From the sequence record OK272485.1: 50,290 nt of DNA. One strand, given 5' to 3'. The translations under genes were made by a program, and so were the position numbers. Source of the DNA: Escherichia phage JLBYU07. This document shows, one piece after another, positions 44,154-50,290 of the stretch. The notes under the pieces were generated by a model that was not told the origin of the DNA, searched no databases, and saw only the letters and a program-made list of their open reading frames with translations. Numbering within the stretch: the stretch's first letter is position 1; every line of letters starts with the position of its first letter.

Positions 44154-44421
44154 TTTTGCACCTCAAATCAATGAATTTTCTTTCATCTTGCCAACGGTTG
44201 ATAAATTTAACTTCTTTATTGTCAACGCTCAACCTGTATTGCTTTTGGCTGAATCTGTTTTCGCGGACCGCATTAATTTTAACTTCATGGAATCCGTTAA
44301 CAGGGAATGTTTTAACGTTAAATTTTGCCGTGCAATCGATCTCCTTGAAGTTGCCAGTAGGCGAAGAAGAACATCCGGTCAGAGCGGCTACGGTGGCTAT
44401 AACTGCGATTAATTTTTTCAT
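44146..44421 (-). CDS. lipoprotein (candidate Cor/Llp-like superinfection-exclusion protein)
   Basis: 91 aa from ATG 44421 (AGGAG RBS); signal peptide MKKLIAVIATVAALTGC with lipobox. Confidence 0.55.
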   Translation of the reverse strand: MKKLIAVIATVAALTGCSSSPTGNFKEIDCTAKFNVKTFPVNGFHEVKINAVRENRFSQKQYRLSVDNKEVKFINRWQDERKFIDLRCKNG

Positions 44422-44476
44422 CTTCAATACTCCTTAGTTGTTGTTGACTGTAACTATACACGATCCGGCAAGCCGA

Positions 44477-44495
44477 GTTTAGCAAAAAGTGCTAC
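44477..44495 (-). promoter_or_regulatory. conserved intergenic box copy (minus orientation, variant)
   Basis: GTTTAGCAAAAAGTGCTAC about 55 nt upstream of lipoprotein gene start. Confidence 0.5.
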
Positions 44496-44864
44496 TTGTT
44501 ATTTTTTGTTTTCCGGTGTTATCTGATTTAAGACGGCGTAAATTTAGCGCAAATTTTAGCCAACATAAGAACAATAAATAATCAATAAAATAGGTATATA
44601 CATATAAAATCAATAGTTTATTTATTTATGTATGTGTATTTGTTTTTTCTTGTTATCTGTGTTTCTTGTGGTTTTGGTTGTTTGTGGTGATTTTTCTTTC
44701 TGAGTATCTGTATGTGCCATCATTCATGTGTATGTATATAATCCGGCGTATCTGAGAGAACAAGGGAACAAGAAAAATAACATATATTAATCATTAACTT
44801 ACGCGTCAAATTTGTTTTATTGCCATCTTAGAACGTTTAGAAAACAGAAAAAACAAAACAACTA

Positions 44865-44892
44865 TTGACTAAATCAACCAAATGGCTACAAT
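44865..44892 (+). promoter_or_regulatory. near-consensus sigma70 promoter (TTGACT-N16-TACAAT)
   Basis: TTGACT 44865-44870, TACAAT 44887-44892; spacer ACCAAATGGC resembles that of promoter at 15660. Confidence 0.55.
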
Positions 44893-44922
44893 GCACACAC
44901 AAAGCAACGAGGAGCATTAAAG

Positions 44923-45978
44923 ATGAGTGATTTTAACGCCTACACTAGCGAAGAAATGAGCAACGAGCTTTATCATGATCCTAACGCATGGACGGCTGAA
45001 TATGTCAGCGGTTCCAGCCTGGCGGAGATTTACAGCACTTGCCCGGCGTACTGGAAGTACAAGCCTCGCCAGGAAACCAAAGCACTTGTTTTCGGTACGC
45101 AGTCGCATACCAATTTTGAAAGCAAGGAGTTATTCGAAAAAACATATCGCCGCGCACCGTCGCAGGATGATTTTAAAGATCTGATCACAAGTCAAACGGC
45201 GTTGGCCTCAAAGCTGAAATCTTTTGGCCTGAAAGGTACAACGGGTAAGCAATACCCCGAATTGCTGGAAATGCTGTACAAGTGCGGTGAGGATCTCAAT
45301 GTATGGTGGCTTATCGAAATGATGGCAGAATGCCAGGCCGCAGCGGACGGCGTGCAGTTAATCGACGCGAAAGATTATGACGCCTGTGTAGCGATGCGGC
45401 GCGTACTTGAGGCAATACCTGAGCATAATGCTTGCATGAATAGCCCAACCGCGCAGCGTGAAATGTCAATATTCGGGATCATCAATGGCGTAAAAGTTAA
45501 AGTGCGCCTTGATCACGTTGACGTAAACAAGGATGTAAAGGCCACAATCATTAACGGTTACGACGAAAAAGGCCGACCGATTTATGAAGAAGTCATCTAT
45601 CCAGAAGCTGTGATTATCACTGACTATAAAACAACGGTTAGCGCAAATCCGGTTGACTTCCAGCGCCTGGCTTACAATCACGGCTATTATCTCAAAATGG
45701 CTTTGCAGCATGATTTATTTAAAAAGGCGTATCCAGACGAGGAAAGGCCAGTAATTGTGAGATTGCTTGCTCAAGAGAAGAAAGAGCCTTACTTGCCGCT
45801 CGCATTCCGCATGAACATTGAGCAATTGAAGATCGGTCGCATCCAGTACATGAGCGTGATCAACAAGTTCAACGTTTGCCAACAGTTAGATGAATGGCCT
45901 TCGTATGCAAACGGGCAACCAGAAATTGATCTTGATACTCCTGATTGGGTACGCGCTCAATTCAGGCAGTATCTATGA
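44923..45978 (+). CDS. PD-(D/E)XK recombination exonuclease (RecE/exonuclease VIII-like)
   Basis: 351 aa; GAGGAG RBS; nuclease motifs VRLDHVD and ITDYKTT; upstream of Erf and SSB. Confidence 0.6.
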   Translation: MSDFNAYTSEEMSNELYHDPNAWTAEYVSGSSLAEIYSTCPAYWKYKPRQETKALVFGTQSHTNFESKELFEKTYRRAPSQDDFKDLITSQTALASKLKSFGLKGTTGKQYPELLEMLYKCGEDLNVWWLIEMMAECQAAADGVQLIDAKDYDACVAMRRVLEAIPEHNACMNSPTAQREMSIFGIINGVKVKVRLDHVDVNKDVKATIINGYDEKGRPIYEEVIYPEAVIITDYKTTVSANPVDFQRLAYNHGYYLKMALQHDLFKKAYPDEERPVIVRLLAQEKKEPYLPLAFRMNIEQLKIGRIQYMSVINKFNVCQQLDEWPSYANGQPEIDLDTPDWVRAQFRQYL

Positions 45979-46039
45979 CAAACCAAATAAATAGCTAAAC
46001 TTTTATAATGGTTGGTGATATAATTCGCCAACCAGATAA

Positions 46040-46708
<669 letters not shown>

Positions 46709-46713
46709 TAAAC

Positions 46714-46734
46714 GGGGCGCTTGCGCCCCTTTTG
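46714..46734 (+). terminator. rho-independent terminator (possibly attenuating)
   Basis: hairpin GGGGCGCTTGCGCCCC followed by TTTTGT. Confidence 0.5.
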
Positions 46735-46751
46735 TCATAGGAGAAAACAAA

Positions 46752-47204
46752 ATGCACGTTATTACAGGTGAGATCAGAAAAGAGCCAAAAGTAAAGCAAA
46801 TGCCTAACGGCAGCACGCTATATGTTGTTGAGCTTTCCGAGCGATACAAAGACCGAGAGGGAAATTGGCAGTATACAAACTATGTGTTTTTCTTTAACGC
46901 GAAAACAGACGGCCTGAATGGTTGGTATGCTGAGGCTTTCCAAGTAGGAAAGGTTATTTCTGTTTCCTGCGATACCTTGCGAGTTGAAACGCGAGAATAC
47001 AACGGAAAGATTTACAGCACCGTGCAGCCTGGCGGATTTGCAAACCTGCTATTTAGCCAGCGCGGAGAAAGCCAGCAACAATATCAGCAGCGAACGCAAG
47101 GAGGCTGGGGGCAACCACAACAGCAACAGCAACAAAATACTCAACAGCAGCCACAGCAAAGCAATCAGCCGCCGATTGACTTTGACGACGATATACCATT
47201 CTGA
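46752..47204 (+). CDS. ssb: single-stranded DNA-binding protein
   Basis: 150 aa from ATG 46752 (AGGAG RBS); Gln/Gly-rich linker and canonical acidic tail DFDDDIPF. Confidence 0.85.
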   Translation: MHVITGEIRKEPKVKQMPNGSTLYVVELSERYKDREGNWQYTNYVFFFNAKTDGLNGWYAEAFQVGKVISVSCDTLRVETREYNGKIYSTVQPGGFANLLFSQRGESQQQYQQRTQGGWGQPQQQQQQNTQQQPQQSNQPPIDFDDDIPF

Positions 47205-47213
47205 TAACAAAAA

Positions 47214-47238
47214 GCCCCGCATATGCGGGGCATTTTTT
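47214..47238. terminator. bidirectional rho-independent terminator
   Basis: hairpin GCCCCGCATATGCGGGGC with A-run upstream and T6 downstream; between convergent ssb and S74-domain gene. Confidence 0.7.
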
Positions 47239-47449
47239 AGTCTAACGTGGTTGGTTTGTTTACCAGTGCCGCTACAACCGCTTTTAGCTCGTCAATTTCT
47301 TTTCTCATCTCATCGTTTTCCGCTTTCAGTTTCTTAACGTGGTGAATCAGTGGAACAGTGAGGCGGTCATACATAACGCCTTCCGCCACCATGCCATTAC
47401 TTGAAGCAATGGCAGGATCTTCTCCTTCTTGCAGCGGTCGCCAGTGAAC
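47237..47449 (-). pseudogene. in-frame continuation of the S74 chaperone domain downstream of the TAA
   Basis: same frame stays open 70 codons and encodes the conserved distal S74 part ...VMYDRLTVPLIHHVKKLKAENDEMRKEIDELKAVVAALV. Confidence 0.5.
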
Positions 47450-47932
47450 TTACTCCGGCGCAACCTCTCCAACTTCCTCTGCAATCAGTCCGTACCATCC
47501 CCAATCTTTACGGTCGCTTTCACAAGTTGACCGATACCACACAGGACGCATTTCAAGCATCAGATCCGCATATTCATCAATAACCGATTCTACGCTGCGC
47601 TTATAACGAGAAGAGGAAGTTGAGCGTAAAACTTGCGACACTCCAGCATTTGGATCAAGCCATAAGTTTGCTGATTGAGCGGTTGTGTTAATATTAAATA
47701 AATAAAATGCATCGTTACCAGTTAGGGGGTAAAAACTCCCACTATACCTTCCGCTACCCAACTCGGATGATAGATCAGTTTGTTTTAGATACGGTTTCAA
47801 CTTATTGTCAACATCAGTAGTTGATGCTTTTCCGGCAACATCCTGCTTTAGTGTCGAAACATCCTGATTTATCGTAGAAACATCATTTTTCAGCTTCGTT
47901 ATATCACTAGGTATAACAGTTACTGTAGCCAT
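47450..47932 (-). CDS. fibre-like protein with C-terminal intramolecular chaperone (peptidase S74) domain, terminated by in-frame TAA
   Basis: 160 aa; AAGGAG RBS; N-terminal coiled coil; S74 signature SSRYKRSVESV...LEMRPVWYRS...GLIAEEVGEVAPE then TAA. Confidence 0.6.
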   Translation of the reverse strand: MATVTVIPSDITKLKNDVSTINQDVSTLKQDVAGKASTTDVDNKLKPYLKQTDLSSELGSGRYSGSFYPLTGNDAFYLFNINTTAQSANLWLDPNAGVSQVLRSTSSSRYKRSVESVIDEYADLMLEMRPVWYRSTCESDRKDWGWYGLIAEEVGEVAPE

Positions 47933-47944
47933 TTTCCTAACTCC

Positions 47945-48223
47945 TTAAGCCCATTCTCTAATCGGCTGATCTAACTCAACCACGTAGCCGTTAAAAATTA
48001 CGGCATCAAACTTATCATCAATGATTCGCACATTGACGAAATAGCCGTCGTTCTTTCGCGCAATCTCATCGCCATCGTCAGATCGTGCAATTACTGTGTA
48101 AGTATTGCCGATTACATCGAGCAGGATTGCATCCTGAATGGATTCGTTTTCGTTCCATTCAATTTCTTCCAGAAAGGCGGAAAACTCCGCCTTGTCTACA
48201 AATTTCAGTGTTAAATCACGCAT
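47945..48223 (-). CDS. hypothetical protein (tail-fibre operon)
   Basis: 92 aa from ATG 48223 overlapping tail-fibre stop (TAATG). Confidence 0.5.
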   Translation of the reverse strand: MRDLTLKFVDKAEFSAFLEEIEWNENESIQDAILLDVIGNTYTVIARSDDGDEIARKNDGYFVNVRIIDDKFDAVIFNGYVVELDQPIREWA

Positions 48224-50184
48224 TATACAATTTCCCCCAATTGATGATCTGTTAGTGCCTTGTGCCATATACGGAAGTTTCTAACGTGCCCGAAAAGATG
48301 ACGTTCTCCCGTAGTTGTTTGTCCGCCAATCCTTATAGTAGCCGTTGATACTATATATCTCCATTCCGTTTTTGTTTCGCTTGATATTCTGGCATTACTT
48401 ACACAGCAATTTTTGTAATCACTCTTTACTCTCATTCCCATGATCATCTTTTTTAGTTTTGCATTCTCGTAAACCCTTCTGTTTGATCCACCTATATCGC
48501 AATAATGGAATCCATCATTATCGCCCTCGGCAGACCCGAAAGCAAGAATAATTGCCGCACCATATTGATGACCACCAGTATCGAAAACGCGAGGCGCAGC
48601 ATTTGGTGTTCTACTCCAGTTTTTATGAGCCTCCACAAGAATTGTAAACGGCAAATTGTAAAGGTTGTTTTTTATTGGCACTGTAACCATATCGCTTGCC
48701 CTTGTAGTCGGTGACGGACCTGATTGAATATAAGAAGAAGCACAAGACCCCAATTCAACTTGAGGGGTTGACAATTCAATATAATCCCCATCTGAATAAG
48801 CAGACACTGGAGATATTTGAAACTGAGCGTTTACCTTATTTTCTATTGCCTTGAATGTAACAATGGCAATATTCCATCCTGTAACATCATCCGTGTAAAC
48901 CTCAACATTAATTCTGTTTGCAGCACCCCCAGTTTTCTGGACTGAAAGATCCTTAAGTTTTATGTAAACACCTCCAGCGAATGCGATACTCCCAATATCA
49001 GCGCCAGCGGCAAATCTTACCCTCAATCTAACATCTTTATCTGATCTAAATCTGCATGAAGCAGTAACATTTTTTTCATTGCCAGATGTATCAAGGCTGT
49101 GAGCAGAAATAACAGATGCAAGGTTTAGCGCATCTGTTCCGCCAACATTAGACTGATCTGGAGCGAAGCGACCATAAAGAAATCCAAATGAATCTGTATT
49201 CGCTGTCACTTGCACAGAAGCTGAGCAACCCCAACCAGCAGGAGTTGAAGCATTAATCATATGGTTTGTTCTCTGCCCTTCAATCAGCAATCCATCTCTT
49301 TCAAAACGTGGTTCATCAATTGCTGCAACTGTAAAAACACCTGATTTGTTAATGTAAGTAGCGGTTGATGCTCGTTTAAACTTAACTATCTTGTCACCTG
49401 GCATCGTGATCTCATCGTCACCTATAACAATCTTTTTGTATGACGGCGAGAATCCGGTAATCATATCCAGGGAGTCATTAAATGGTATCCACACGTCCGG
49501 CAACGGTTGCAATAAGTCCTTGTAAGGTTCTGCGGCCTGATTTGCGTATTCCTCCGCTTGATCTCGCGCACTTTCAGCTCCTGCCTTTGCAGTGTTCGCA
49601 GCGTCACGCGCGGATTCAGCGCCTTTTCTTGCAGTTTCAGCGCCAGTCTTTGCAGTGTTTGCAGCGTCGCGCGCGGATTCAGCGGCAGCCTTTGCAGTGT
49701 CAGCACCTTTCTTGCTATTCTCTGCATTTGTTGCGCTTGTCTTTGCGTTATTCTCGCTAGTTTTAGCTGCCTTCTGACTTGCTGCGGCTGCGTCAGCATT
49801 TGTCTTTACGTCTTCCTGGATCTTCTGTAGCTTATCCCAATCAAAATCCTTGATGATCTCAATAAATCCAGCAAGCTCCGACTCCTTTCCCTGGTAATAA
49901 CGCAACGTTTCCGCTACGTCTTGCGCAAGACCATCAACCGTTAACGAGTCATGAAGCAAGATCAGGTAATTTGTCTTCTTGACTACCGCGCCGCCAGTAG
50001 TAATTGCGCGAATGCTTGTATCGCTAATCACTTCTGTAATCACAGCAGCTTGCAAAGGTTGAGCAAGAAAGAAAATAGTTGCGCCTGGGCGAATCAAGGT
50101 TAATTGCTCACGCCATTTTGTACCGTAACCAGTTACATAACCTTGCGCGTCCATAGACGCTTGGCCTTGTCTGTAAATCGCCAT
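48223..50184 (-). CDS. side tail fibre protein
   Basis: 653 aa from ATG 50184 (AGGAGG RBS); Ala/Lys/Ser-rich AxxSA repeats (AESARDAANTAKTGAETARKGAESARDAANTAKAGAESARD), Gly/Ser/Thr-rich distal domain. Confidence 0.75.
   Translation of the reverse strand: MAIYRQGQASMDAQGYVTGYGTKWREQLTLIRPGATIFFLAQPLQAAVITEVISDTSIRAITTGGAVVKKTNYLILLHDSLTVDGLAQDVAETLRYYQGKESELAGFIEIIKDFDWDKLQKIQEDVKTNADAAAASQKAAKTSENNAKTSATNAENSKKGADTAKAAAESARDAANTAKTGAETARKGAESARDAANTAKAGAESARDQAEEYANQAAEPYKDLLQPLPDVWIPFNDSLDMITGFSPSYKKIVIGDDEITMPGDKIVKFKRASTATYINKSGVFTVAAIDEPRFERDGLLIEGQRTNHMINASTPAGWGCSASVQVTANTDSFGFLYGRFAPDQSNVGGTDALNLASVISAHSLDTSGNEKNVTASCRFRSDKDVRLRVRFAAGADIGSIAFAGGVYIKLKDLSVQKTGGAANRINVEVYTDDVTGWNIAIVTFKAIENKVNAQFQISPVSAYSDGDYIELSTPQVELGSCASSYIQSGPSPTTRASDMVTVPIKNNLYNLPFTILVEAHKNWSRTPNAAPRVFDTGGHQYGAAIILAFGSAEGDNDGFHYCDIGGSNRRVYENAKLKKMIMGMRVKSDYKNCCVSNARISSETKTEWRYIVSTATIRIGGQTTTGERHLFGHVRNFRIWHKALTDHQLGEIV
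49470..49800 (-). repeat. tandem coding repeats in tail-fibre gene
   Basis: repeated units TTTGCAGTGTT[CT]GCAGCGTC[AG]CGCGCGGATTCAGCG on the plus strand. Confidence 0.65.
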
Positions 50185-50200
50185 TTGTAAAATCCTCCTA

Positions 50201-50220
50201 AATAGCACTTTTTGCTAATG
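50201..50220 (+). promoter_or_regulatory. conserved intergenic box copy (variant AATAGCACTTTTTGCTAATG)
   Basis: antisense to and abutting the AGGAGG RBS of the tail-fibre gene; partial second copy at 50232-50248. Confidence 0.55.
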
Positions 50221-50249
50221 ACCATGCAGATAATAGCATTTTCAAGTGC

Positions 50250-50275
50250 AAAAAAAAACCCCGCATAAGCGGGGC
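50250..50275 (-). terminator. rho-independent terminator (minus strand)
   Basis: hairpin CCCCGCATAAGCGGGG; on the minus strand followed by T9. Confidence 0.65.
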
Positions 50276-50290
50276 AATACTAGCGGAGTT

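Noticed and set aside
49461-49830. Overlapping track ORFs on both strands inside the tail-fibre repeat region
   Set aside because: Generated by the tandem Ala/Lys/Ser coding repeats; the 653-aa minus-strand tail-fibre frame explains the region.

Overview
This 50.3-kb window reads as an essentially complete genome of a virulent T1-like siphovirus (Drexlerviridae-type gene content and order), linearised between the side-tail-fibre gene and the primase gene. Modules, in order: replication (primase 1-930, SF2 helicase, VRR-NUC nuclease, Dam N6-adenine methyltransferase); a lysis cassette with holin, SAR endolysin and unimolecular spanin (6856-7954); a leftward block of about 18 small early/accessory genes (7969-15025) including a P-loop ATPase, a compact C5-methyltransferase-like protein and an HNH endonuclease; a rightward block of small early genes (15719-23150); the late operon (terminase small/large, portal, head morphogenesis, scaffold, capsid, neck, major tail, G/G-T chaperone with -1 frameshift, tape measure, lambda-like M-L-K-I-J tip); a leftward lipoprotein operon; an exonuclease/Erf/SSB recombination module; and a leftward tail-fibre operon. 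No integrase, repressor, tRNA or CRISPR array was found. No single novel multi-gene system could be pinned down; the strongest unexplained signals are: (i) a 20-21 bp box AATAGCACTTTTTGTTAAAAC in at least 17 intergenic copies whose TAG doubles as the stop codon of many genes; (ii) two paralogous non-coding control regions with near-consensus sigma70 promoters, GT-rich tracts and TAATCA repeats; (iii) a GC-rich non-coding segment at 16470-16694; (iv) an in-frame TAA interrupting a peptidase-S74 chaperone-domain gene; (v) an HTH-metallophosphoesterase fusion protein. All calls come from manual reading of the sequence and ORF track; no database search was run. The ORF track starts some ORFs at non-ATG codons, so many starts were re-placed at the ATG with the best Shine-Dalgarno.
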